This document shows, piece after piece, positions 54,898 to 64,000 of a stretch of 64,000 nucleotides of DNA; positions within the stretch are counted from its first letter, which is position 1, and each line of letters opens with the position of its first letter. Below the pieces are notes generated by a model, which worked only from the letters and a program-made list of their open reading frames with translations, was not told where the DNA came from and did not search any database. Made by a program: the position numbers and the translations under genes. Source of the DNA: Cyanidioschyzon merolae (Eukaryota). Location: assembly GCA_000091205.1 (NCBI GenBank), contig AP006502.2. One strand, given 5' to 3'.

Positions 54898-57800
54898 TCA
54901 GGCCAGGTAGTGATACAAGCTTGGGTCCTGGGGGTCGCGCTCCAGATACTCGCGTGCAATCAAGCTTTCAATCCGTTCCTTGATAGAATGGACATCCGGG
55001 GTAAAGCGGGTACTCAGCGCATTCTGGACGCCCGCCACAAGCTTCTGGTGCGCAAACTGGCGATGCATCTTCATGATGCGCACAATGGTAGCCTCGAGCA
55101 GCGGTACCTGATCATCGTGCCCGTTCTGGCGTGTTGCCTGGCACTCCTCTCGCTTGAACCCGTCCGCAAGATAGGCAAACGAAAGACGCCGTTGCTGCGG
55201 GTCGAAATACCGGTTCAACTGGAGCGTATCGGTGGGGCGTAGCTCCGCGCCCGCCGGCGACTTGATGAATAGGCAATGCTTCTTGTTGCAGAGTGAGAGT
55301 ACGCAACGCTTAAACAAGTCCAGAATTTCCGGGGCTTGGATATTCAGCGCGTCACAGATCTGCTCGAAGGTCATCTCATTGCGATCCTCAAATAGTAGCA
55401 ACATGCATAACTGGTACGTATTCAGTTCAAGTTCCACCTGGTCATACCGCGTCATATACGGGAACGCAGCTCGTGTGCACTCCACGAGCCCTTTGCTGAG
55501 TACGTGAATCCAACGTAATTGGCGATACTGCGTCTGATGTGCGTAGAAACATTCGTATTCTGTGAGGCAGGATGCCAGCGCCGGCGGCAAACGGAGATCA
55601 TCGTCGCTGGGAAAGGACGGCCAGATGCTCGTGGTCGTAAGAATCGCTTGGAAGACGGGCGTATGCGACGGGGTCGCGTGCTCCAAGGTGACCGCACCGG
55701 TTGAACGCTGCCGTTCCCTATTGTCTAGGATAGCGTTCCATTGGTTGAAGCGCTCCTGGAACCTCAGCGATGTGCGCATATCACGCAGCATTCCTTCAAC
55801 GCGTGCCGTGAACAGGGGTCCAATGACCGCCTTGAGCTCCTCGACGAAGGTGATCTCCAAGTCGCGCGCAATGCTCAGATCGAAGATCAACCGTCTGCAC
55901 AAGAGGAATTGATACAAATCGGCAAATACATCCTTATCGTAAACGTACTCCAGCAGTTGTACGATAACTCGGAGGTGTCCACTCAAGTCCGCTCCTGGTG
56001 GTTCGATCATGTAGATGCGCTGGAGAACTCGGTCCACGTAGGATGCAAGCAGCTTTGGTATCATGCTCATATCCCGTGGATTATTCAAAATAGACTCAAA
56101 CGCCATTCGAAAGTGCTGGGAGAAAACCTCGTGATTTTCAAAGCACGTTCGCAGAACAAGTTGATATGTTTCATGCAGGTTAACAAGCTCGCGGACCAGC
56201 CACATACCGGCCTGTTCCGTTGGTGAGATCTCTGCCTCAGGGCCGCAGCTAGCATAAGGTGCATCAAACTTTGGTGACAGGACACAAGAGAGCGCGCTTG
56301 ACATGGGCCCTGTTTCCTGCTTCTCGCTACCGTCTGCGTGTCGCTTTCGTGCGACCGAGCGGTCCGAGTCTTCATAGCCAACACTATCGCCGTTTGGATT
56401 CATTTCAGTGGTGATTGCGTCATAATGCGCAAACAAGGCCGCGCCTTCGGCTTCGGCGCAGCGCGCAAACTGTTGCGCGATGGGTCGCAGCGCACGCTCT
56501 TGGTGCGCCTGGGACTCAGGAACGAGGCGACCACTCGCGTTTGATCGAGCAAGCCCGCCGTTGCCGTCCATCGGTTGCCCGCAAAGCTCATGTATCCACT
56601 TGCCACTGTAGAGCCAGTACACCCTTTTGAGGTCATCAAACTGCCGTTGAGATAAGAGTGCGACAAATCCAGAGGTCTCCGCAGCAAGCAGCTTCTCCTC
56701 GTGTGCTAGCAAAATCACGTTCTCGATGGCATCCTTGACGCGATCCATTGATGACGGGTGCAGCACTGCCTGCGCGATAGCGATTTCTTGGCGCAAGGCT
56801 GCTTCTGCCTCTCGCATGTACTCGGGGAAGGAGCAATCTCGCAGCCAGCGTTCTGACGCCTCCGCGTAATGGGTCTGAAACGCTGCCAGATAAGGGGTTT
56901 CTATTTCGTCCGTATAATAGGAGACCCAGTCCGTTGCCGTGAAGACAACCACAGCCGAGTGGATGAGCGCCCGATCCACGACTTCTCCACTGCGGTCTCG
57001 GGCAATAAGTGTCAGGATCGCGGTTCGGAGTACGTCGCGCATCTTGTCCAAAACCTTGGTGCGGAACAAAATTCGACCCAAGTGTTCCAGAGGAGGTGGT
57101 CCGTTCTCCTTGTCCGTATAGCAACGGTCTAGATAACTGAATATCTTGCACACAAACTGCACAAGATGCTGGTATGCCATCCACCATGCACAGAACGCAT
57201 GCAGCAGTTCTTCAATGGATGTGATGCTCGCGCCCGCACCGTTGTTTTCCTCGGAGGTATCAGACACGTCGTCGGAAGCCATATCCATGAGCTCGATTCC
57301 TTGTAGACTCCCCTCTTCCATGGACTGGTGACTCACCGGAAACTGGTCACGGTCCGAGTCACCCACGGTGCTTTTCGAATGACTGAAGTGTGAGCTCTGA
57401 GTATCCATACTGGTGCGAGCTCTGCCAGCTCGCAATGCTGAACGCCCGCTGCGTGCCTCTTCCAGTTCACGCATTGGCGAGCAGCCGCTCGGTGCGTAAG
57501 ACAACATCGCCGACATTGCTCGGTTGGCACCTTCGCGAGTCGGTATTCGCCTTTCCATGTCTGGAAGAATCTTACTCGTACAGAACGCCCCCATCTCACG
57601 CTCGACTTGCTCGTAGAGCGCCCGTTTCACTGCACAAGGCCCTGGTTTTGTGCACAGGAGGAGCACGGTTCGGTACAGCTCCATCCAAACCGAGGCACTG
57701 AGGATGCCCCGCGGCGCCGGCACGTGAACCGTGTGTATCGTCGGCCGCGTTAACGCGGACTGTCGAGTTTCTGCAAGCGACCGTGAAGGCTCGAAGTCGT

Positions 57801-58254
57801 CGGCAAGGTCTCCACCGCCAGAGGAAACCGGCGAACCAGGCGGTGCAGACTCTTCCCCAACCAGCTCTGCTTCGCGCGTCTCGTGAAACGGCGCCGTACT
57901 CACCGCGTGCCGGGATGCCGGCGGCGTTGTAAGCGCCGCCATGACACGCTCTACAAGCGCCCGCTCCAACGGCTCAAAGCCCTTCTGTACAAGGGCACTC
58001 CAGTCTCGCCGAAACTGGAAGCGTAGGGGCTCACTGAACGCATAACTATCGAGCACCGCGAGCAGCTCGTTCGTAGCCTCCTCAGCAGGCACCGCAGCCG
58101 ACGCAACGGTTGAAACGGACCCTGTCGTTTCAAAGTCGACGTCGTCGTCATCACCTCCAACAGGTCCCCTGCTACCTCGCTGCCCTGAGGAAACGTCACG
58201 AGATCCCAAAACCTGACGCCCAGCTCGTGCCCGACGACTGTACGTAGAGTCCAT
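54898..58254 (-). CDS. Cullin family protein with long N-terminal extension
   Basis: C-terminal neddylation / winged-helix region '...IVRIMKMHRQFAHQKLVAGVQNALSTRFTPDVHSIKERIESLIAREYLERDPQDPSLYHYLA' matches the cullin C-terminus, including the terminal Y-x-Y-x-A. Cullin-repeat region lies upstream. About 400 aa of low-complexity N-terminus. Confidence 0.8.
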   Translation of the reverse strand: MDSTYSRRARAGRQVLGSRDVSSGQRGSRGPVGGDDDDVDFETTGSVSTVASAAVPAEEATNELLAVLDSYAFSEPLRFQFRRDWSALVQKGFEPLERALVERVMAALTTPPASRHAVSTAPFHETREAELVGEESAPPGSPVSSGGGDLADDFEPSRSLAETRQSALTRPTIHTVHVPAPRGILSASVWMELYRTVLLLCTKPGPCAVKRALYEQVEREMGAFCTSKILPDMERRIPTREGANRAMSAMLSYAPSGCSPMRELEEARSGRSALRAGRARTSMDTQSSHFSHSKSTVGDSDRDQFPVSHQSMEEGSLQGIELMDMASDDVSDTSEENNGAGASITSIEELLHAFCAWWMAYQHLVQFVCKIFSYLDRCYTDKENGPPPLEHLGRILFRTKVLDKMRDVLRTAILTLIARDRSGEVVDRALIHSAVVVFTATDWVSYYTDEIETPYLAAFQTHYAEASERWLRDCSFPEYMREAEAALRQEIAIAQAVLHPSSMDRVKDAIENVILLAHEEKLLAAETSGFVALLSQRQFDDLKRVYWLYSGKWIHELCGQPMDGNGGLARSNASGRLVPESQAHQERALRPIAQQFARCAEAEGAALFAHYDAITTEMNPNGDSVGYEDSDRSVARKRHADGSEKQETGPMSSALSCVLSPKFDAPYASCGPEAEISPTEQAGMWLVRELVNLHETYQLVLRTCFENHEVFSQHFRMAFESILNNPRDMSMIPKLLASYVDRVLQRIYMIEPPGADLSGHLRVIVQLLEYVYDKDVFADLYQFLLCRRLIFDLSIARDLEITFVEELKAVIGPLFTARVEGMLRDMRTSLRFQERFNQWNAILDNRERQRSTGAVTLEHATPSHTPVFQAILTTTSIWPSFPSDDDLRLPPALASCLTEYECFYAHQTQYRQLRWIHVLSKGLVECTRAAFPYMTRYDQVELELNTYQLCMLLLFEDRNEMTFEQICDALNIQAPEILDLFKRCVLSLCNKKHCLFIKSPAGAELRPTDTLQLNRYFDPQQRRLSFAYLADGFKREECQATRQNGHDDQVPLLEATIVRIMKMHRQFAHQKLVAGVQNALSTRFTPDVHSIKERIESLIAREYLERDPQDPSLYHYLA

Positions 58255-61200
58255 GGTATCCGTACGAACACTTCCAGCGCGTGTACGACGTTTCTAGTTT
58301 CGCGCGTGCCGCGCTAGCGACGCGACAGCGCCGGATGCGCCTACCGATCGAACTGCATGTGTGAGGCGCGCACGGATCATCACACGCCGCGAGCGCTCGC
58401 GAAGCGCAGCATGCGCGCGCGCAACGCAGTGTCCATCTTAGATCTGAAACAAAAATGGACATTGACCCAGACGGAGGCACAGGCGCGGCATCCGTGGTAG
58501 TGTGCTTTCGTGCAGCGCCTGGCGAGCGCATCTTCGATGTTGTTGTTGCTGTAGTTGTTTGGACATAACTATGGCGCACAGAACAGAGATCCTCGATTGC
58601 GCTCATCGATAGGGGAAAGTGTCCATCATGATTCACGCTAGCTGCAGGTTCCACGATCGCTGGTCGACTGCGGAGATCCTGGCTATTGTCCAGGTCCTAT
58701 CGTGCATCGAATGCCTGCCTTGAGCGTTCGTGATAGCGCGTATAGCGCCGGTGCGGAAGTACAGCACGGAGGCGTCGATGCGTGTGCGTGGCGCCGGCAG
58801 CCGCGCGCACCCACACGAGCAGCGTCCGGTTGGATGCATCGCTCTGCGGACTCTGGCATGCCATGGGCGCTTGCGCATGAATCGAGCGCTCTGCACTGGG
58901 GTTTGAGGCGTTCAAGGCAGGCGCTCGACGCTCGCTGGAACATGCGATATGAGCGGTATCTCTGAGGGGACCGATGGGTAGCGGCTCGTGGAGCCTGCAG
59001 GTATGGTGCGGAATGATGGACGCTATCCTGCATGTCGATATGGGCCATGCAATCGCGCGGATGCGTGGTGAATGTCAAGCTTCTGTCAAATACAAAAAGT
59101 TGGGCAAGATGCATGCTCCCGAGGTGTGCGCAAAAGCGGCAATAACGCGCTCCCACGACGCCGGGATCCAGGTCTTGTGTCGATGTAATTGAGTGCATCA
59201 ACGAGATGAGCGGCCCGCTTGCGCAGTTCACAGCTGTGTTCCCAATTGGAATCGATCGCGCGGGATGCATGAAGCGCCGCCTCGAGTCGTGAAGAAAGAG
59301 CATGTACCTCAGGGATTTCGTACCTGGGGCGACTCGCCTGATGCGAACGCCGGCCTCGAATCCTCGGCACATGCGGTTTTGGTACTGCATCCATGTGAAA
59401 GTAGTGGCTGCTGTTCGCTTGCGTCTGATATCGCATATTGCAGGGATACGCGCGCCGTAATGATGCATGTACAGTTCAGATGGAGGGAACTTTTAAAAGC
59501 TTGCTTTGGCACTGTCTCACTGAGTCGACACCCGCAAAGTCTTGGCGAGGCGGTTCCATGTCCCTGCGGCAGCAGCACCAGCAGCACTTGCCGAATGGAC
59601 GCTCGACAATCTTATGATCATCAGAGGGATTGATCGTGTCCTCCACAGTGAAAGTTGAATCGGGCATTTCTAAAGAAACTGTGGTCTTTATCCCTGGTAA
59701 TTGGCAATATTTACGAAGCCGACAGCATCCAATGAGATGCACAACCCCTACCCCGCACGAAAAAACACTGCTTTACGTCCAGATGTTCACAGTGGCGTCC
59801 GGGAACGTGCATGCAGGGTAAGCACTTGGAGGATCCGATGAGGAATGATGGCTCCACAGTTACAAGCTGATAACAATTGCGGAACCGGGGATCCCTCGTT
59901 CGTCCCAACGGCCTTATACGATGTAATAATGCTGGGTAGGCACGAGCGTCTCGAACTGCGCTCGACACTGGAGCTCGACCCAGCCGAGTGCGATGTCAAT
60001 GTTGCTCGTTGGAGATCATCGCCAGATCACAAGTGGACTACCCGTTTGGACATGGTGGTGAACGAACACGCACAACGCTGGCTCGTAAGCGTAAACGAAC
60101 GTGAACTGAGGCATCCGCGACGAGTGCTTCCTCCAATCCTTAGGGCCAAATTGATTCTTTGTAACAACAGGGACACTTTTTCTGAACTGGTCGCTCGCGA
60201 AATTTATCCTCAGTGGGTATACCCAGTTCCGGATACCTAAAGGAATAGAGGATACATCCGATATGCGTTGAATCGTGCGACTCCGGCCGCATCAAGATAC
60301 GGCAGGCTAACGCGCTGACGAAGACATCTCGAGCGCAACGCTACCCTGTGCAGAGAGGCAACTCTGCGAAGATGATTGCTTTCTTTGGTTCGCAAGGATT
60401 TTCAACTGATGCGGGTGTAGATCCTTGGAGTTCAAATTCACCAGTCGAGTAGCACGCGTCAAGCGCCTCAAATCCATCAAGTTCGACGTGAATCGGGCTC
60501 CAGGGCGAGCTCGACGGCTTTAGTGTACAAAGCGTCCTCTAGAAACCGGCGACGCGTGCAGTGATTCCACTCTGTAATTGAATGACATGCATGTACTGTT
60601 GTTCGAACCTAGGGTACAAGTACCGCTCAGGATGAGATTCGGCGGAATCACCACCCGCTCTGAGTGCTCGGGAGTTTTCTGTATCCCCTGCACTGAGGTA
60701 CATCGAGGATCCTGGGCCGGATCAAGCACACTCTCTCTGGACCAAGTGTCGGAACGCGTCCTTGATTCACATCGAGCATACCTTCTCGCAGTAATCGAGG
60801 AAGCGACAAGCCCCGAGGGCGTTTCGCTTGGAAGAGCATTCATTACGCCGCCTCGGCTCAGTAGCGCGACCTCTGAGCTACGCATTCTGAAAATTGCAAC
60901 GCCATGCCGCGAATCCACGTAGCGGTTCGATGCCCTGACTAACAATGTCATCGTTCGGTGTCAGCGACCTGATGGTGCCGGTGAAAACGGAACGCCGTCG
61001 TCTGCACACCATGGTTGTCGTTGTCGTTGTTGTTGGCATCCATTGAAGCAGTGCAGTTTTCTGCGGCTTTTTCCGAGTATGCATCAGATTCGCTCAAACC
61101 GGGATATAAGAGGGCACCGCCAAAGCGCTTCAGCCCGAGGCACGTACGCATGTCTCCAGAAATTGCAAAAAGCTTCTCTGGGATGGAGAGCATTACCCGG

Positions 61201-61540
61201 ATCCGAACCGTACGCGGCAGCGTCTAATCGAAGCCTAGGGGTCTGGCATCTCCCTGCGTGTCCGCGGCACCAGCTGCGGAATTCAAATAACACACTTGAC
61301 CAATGACACCGAAGGAAAGCATTCCTCTGCCCAGTTACCAATCAGAGAACTCGCTGGATGTGAAGCGTACCCGTCTCGAGCTCGGCCGAAGCCACAAGGC
61401 ACGCCTACTCCACTGCGAAGATCATCAGAACCACACCTTGCCTGGGAATCGGACAACCGCCGTGGTCGGCACATCACGAGACGTGTGCTTTTCGCAAACA
61501 ACTTGCCATAGCAACTTGTCTCGTGCAGTTAATCGCTTTC

Positions 61541-63016
61541 CTACCCCATATCAAGGGTAACAGCGGCAACACCATGCGGCGGTATGAGGCCAAACTCCGT
61601 GATGAGTGCGTCTACAGCTTCCGCTGGTGTCACATCATAGTACAGGTGCAAAAGTTTCAGATTTGGATAGCGTTCGCGCCAGTCTTCACCCAGCGGTGGT
61701 TGGATGCCACCATTCTGACCTACCTGGGAAGCATTGGGCCGCATCCAGGTGCCCCATGTCAATTCATCCGGATTTCCCAGCTCATTCAAGCAAATTGAAT
61801 CGATCAAGACTCGTTCGCTAAACTTGAGCGATTCACAAGCAACTGCTACGGGAATACGCTCCTGCTTCGCAAGGGAGGCAACACTGGCCGTCCCTGCTGC
61901 AGCCAGCACCGCACCGTTGCTGAAACAAGCTTCCGCGCCGAGCAACAAGAGGTTTGCCTCCTGAACCAGCATCGGTGCGCCCTGAAGCAAACCGTACGTA
62001 CACTGGGCAACGCCACCCTGGAGCAGACGATGCACGAGCGCGCAACCGCGATGACGCGGTCGAGCATCAAGAACAATCACCCGAAAGCGACGTTTGTGTT
62101 TCTGCACAGCTCGCAGCAAGATACTCTCGACCAAGAAGGAGGCATCATAGGTCATTACGACATCTCCGTCGCGAATACGATCCGCCCCTGCGTCGAAGAT
62201 CGTCTCCAGCGCGAGCACCACCCGTTCTTCAATGAAGGCGTCGATGTCGTTTATGATTTGCTGCTGGAGCTCAAGGAAGCTCTGCGCTAGTGCTTGTATA
62301 CCCAAACGACTCTTCACAAAGCGCACAGCGTTGCCCATGGCGATTGAAAGCGGTCGCGAGTCCACGAGAAACTGAATATGGCGATTAAGCGCACGCTCGA
62401 GCTCTCGCCTGGTCTCGGTGATACTCTCTGTTCCAGAATCCGACACTTTCACTGGCATAGAAGCTGCTGCGTCCGTCGCTGGTGGTAGTGTACTTGACGA
62501 GTTCGTCGGTTCAAAGTCCGCGATCATTTCGCGTAGTGCCAACAGCAGCGCAACGACTCTCGCAGAGCCGCCCTGTACCACACCGTGCGCGAGCTGCTGG
62601 CCGAGTCTCACCACCCTCGGATGCAAGCCGCTAGTTTCCACAAAGCTGACTTGTGTGGCGTCGGGCCGTAGCGGCTCCAACTGCGGCAAGTGTGCAAAGA
62701 GCGGCACCAGACGCTGAGCTGGTGCGCGCTTCAACACAGCTCGCTTCTCGGCCTTTGCGACTGCGTCGGGATCGTCGTACTGTAGTCGCTGCTTCGTTCG
62801 TGCTCCACGCGAAGTCATGACAAGGATCTGTTCGCTTCCAACTAGGCGTGCAAGCGCGACGGTTCGCAAGCCGCGGCTTCGCTCACAAAGCCGCCTCAAC
62901 CATCGGTGGCTGAGTCGCGTCGACAGCTTCGCGGATTGGTGGCACCCACAGTACCTTCGCTTGAAGTTCAGGTCTTTTTTCGTGACAAGGCTGCTCTTGG
63001 ACGGCTTTGCTGTCAC
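61541..63016 (-). CDS. Translation initiation factor eIF2B subunit (IF-2B alpha/beta/delta family; size fits delta)
   Basis: 'VVMTYDASFLVESILLRAVQKHKRRFRVIVLDARPRHRG...GAEACFSNGAVLAAAGTASVASLAKQERIPVAVACESLKFSERV' matches the IF-2B fold. N-terminal extension is present. Confidence 0.7.
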   Translation of the reverse strand: MTAKPSKSSLVTKKDLNFKRRYCGCHQSAKLSTRLSHRWLRRLCERSRGLRTVALARLVGSEQILVMTSRGARTKQRLQYDDPDAVAKAEKRAVLKRAPAQRLVPLFAHLPQLEPLRPDATQVSFVETSGLHPRVVRLGQQLAHGVVQGGSARVVALLLALREMIADFEPTNSSSTLPPATDAAASMPVKVSDSGTESITETRRELERALNRHIQFLVDSRPLSIAMGNAVRFVKSRLGIQALAQSFLELQQQIINDIDAFIEERVVLALETIFDAGADRIRDGDVVMTYDASFLVESILLRAVQKHKRRFRVIVLDARPRHRGCALVHRLLQGGVAQCTYGLLQGAPMLVQEANLLLLGAEACFSNGAVLAAAGTASVASLAKQERIPVAVACESLKFSERVLIDSICLNELGNPDELTWGTWMRPNASQVGQNGGIQPPLGEDWRERYPNLKLLHLYYDVTPAEAVDALITEFGLIPPHGVAAVTLDMG

Positions 63017-63261
63017 TTCAAGGTATTACCACACGAGAAATGACTTTCTGAGGCCCGTTTTGATTCGGGACTCTAAGCGAGGCTTTCCGGGGGAACGCAC
63101 CAACGACACCCCCACGAGACGACGCCTGGGGCGGCGGACTTGGCTTCGAGTGCGGAGTGTGCTGGGGTAGCCTCGCTGGGCCTACTGGTGTGCCTGGACA
63201 AGAACTAGAGCACGAATATTGGGCGTGGGTGCTGCGGACCTGTCTGCCGGAGAGAAAATAG

Positions 63262-63630
63262 ATGCCCTGGAAGCTGGACGGGACGAGAAAGCACCCAAGT
63301 CCAGGCACTGCAGCAGATCACGAGGTGAAGCTGCGCACCAACTTTGAGACTCTCCGCGAAACATATGGCCAAAGCAATTATACGTTCTCCCCAACAGAAG
63401 AGGTTGACGTTCAAAAGCACGAGCGCTTGCGGAAACGAGAGCGCTTGACCCTGGCTAAGCGCACGAGCTCAAGGCGTTCGTTCCGCGTGCCGCCAGTGGG
63501 TGCTCCGCCAAATGCCCCGAGGAACATACGTCCGATAATTTTGTTTATGACTGCTTTTACGCCTCGTCTACAGAATGGAGAATTGAATTCGAGAAGCGTG
63601 GGGACAATAGCATCTTCGCCCGCCGACTAA
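63262..63630 (+). CDS. hypothetical small basic protein
   Basis: 122-aa ORF with charged coiled-coil-like text (EVKLRTNFETLRETYG...HERLRKRERLTLAKR). No family assigned. Confidence 0.25.
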   Translation: MPWKLDGTRKHPSPGTAADHEVKLRTNFETLRETYGQSNYTFSPTEEVDVQKHERLRKRERLTLAKRTSSRRSFRVPPVGAPPNAPRNIRPIILFMTAFTPRLQNGELNSRSVGTIASSPAD

Positions 63631-64000
63631 TAACCGGATCAGTCTATGGTATTCGTTTGTGAATATCGCGATGCGTTGCAGCAGCGTTCCCGGGAGCCGG
63701 ATACGTTCTCGAGGATGCTCGGCACCAGAGAAAGCGCTTCGTCACAGATTGCGGCACCATGGCTCCCGAGGAGAGCCTCTTCGTCAGCTCTATTGCCCAC
63801 AGGCATCTCCTCCAATTCGCCTCCGACGCAGCATGGATGTACCGCACCAGCCGTGCTTTGCTCGGAGTTCAGTTTTCTCGCGAGGTCGCCCTGCAGTCAC
63901 CTGACTTGGTCTTATCGCTTCGCGATAGCTGGCCCGTTTTCACCTCGCGATGCGATCCACGCTGGAGCTCCCGACTGTCGAGGTTGCAGATGCTGTCCTG

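Noticed and set aside
53866-55242. 458-aa ORF on the plus strand, plus other long ORFs such as 11699..12514(-), 19269..19832(-) and 58683..59468(-)
   Set aside because: These lie antisense to, or overlap, strongly supported genes (cullin, FGase-like) or have no protein-like composition. Long spurious ORFs are expected in GC-rich DNA because stop codons are AT-rich.

Overview
This 64 kb window is GC-rich, gene-dense nuclear DNA from an apparently intron-free eukaryote. Every recognisable protein reads as one uninterrupted ORF, genes sit on both strands about 3-4 kb apart, and the window starts inside a gene (partial CDS 1..392).

I recognise a typical eukaryotic set: a retinoblastoma-related protein (pocket-B domain match), a cullin, an eIF2B-family subunit, ribosomal protein eS30, a GNL3/Nug1-type nucleolar GTPase, mitochondrial-type ClpX, Fe-superoxide dismutase with a long presequence, NADP-dependent non-phosphorylating GAPDH (GapN, ALDH11), a DUF676 lipase-like protein, a thioredoxin-like protein, a 5'(3')-deoxyribonucleotidase, an N-formylglutamate-amidohydrolase-like protein, an ATP-grasp protein and a bacterial-type RecD2-like helicase. 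This repertoire, together with the Tat-like SOD presequence and GapN, points to a compact-genome alga, but that is an inference and I cannot confirm the organism.

The most interesting content is a multicopy family of about 2.6 kb elements. Each carries one long ORF of about 750 aa whose C-terminus has the TnpB/Fanzor RuvC-III hallmark 'NRD[CF]NA[AV]I[ND]IR', preceded by a RuvC-I-like 'VVGAD[PL]GNTNI' motif and a 'EFRTSYTHHELGC' segment where TnpB has its zinc ribbon. There are three full-length copies and one 3' fragment. One copy is intact except for a single in-frame TAG and has an in-frame tandem triplication just before the RuvC-I aspartate. Two frameshifted copies sit head-to-head. All four copies share about 70 bp of conserved non-coding sequence after the stop codon, which is where TnpB/Fanzor guide RNA (omegaRNA) is normally encoded.

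Other notable structure: 1.2 kb direct repeats with a variable (GAC)n tract flanking the nucleotidase gene, an 83 bp tandem array with a perfect 14 bp palindrome upstream of eS30, and several stretches of 2-3 kb with no assignable gene. I found no rRNA, CRISPR array or convincing tRNA.
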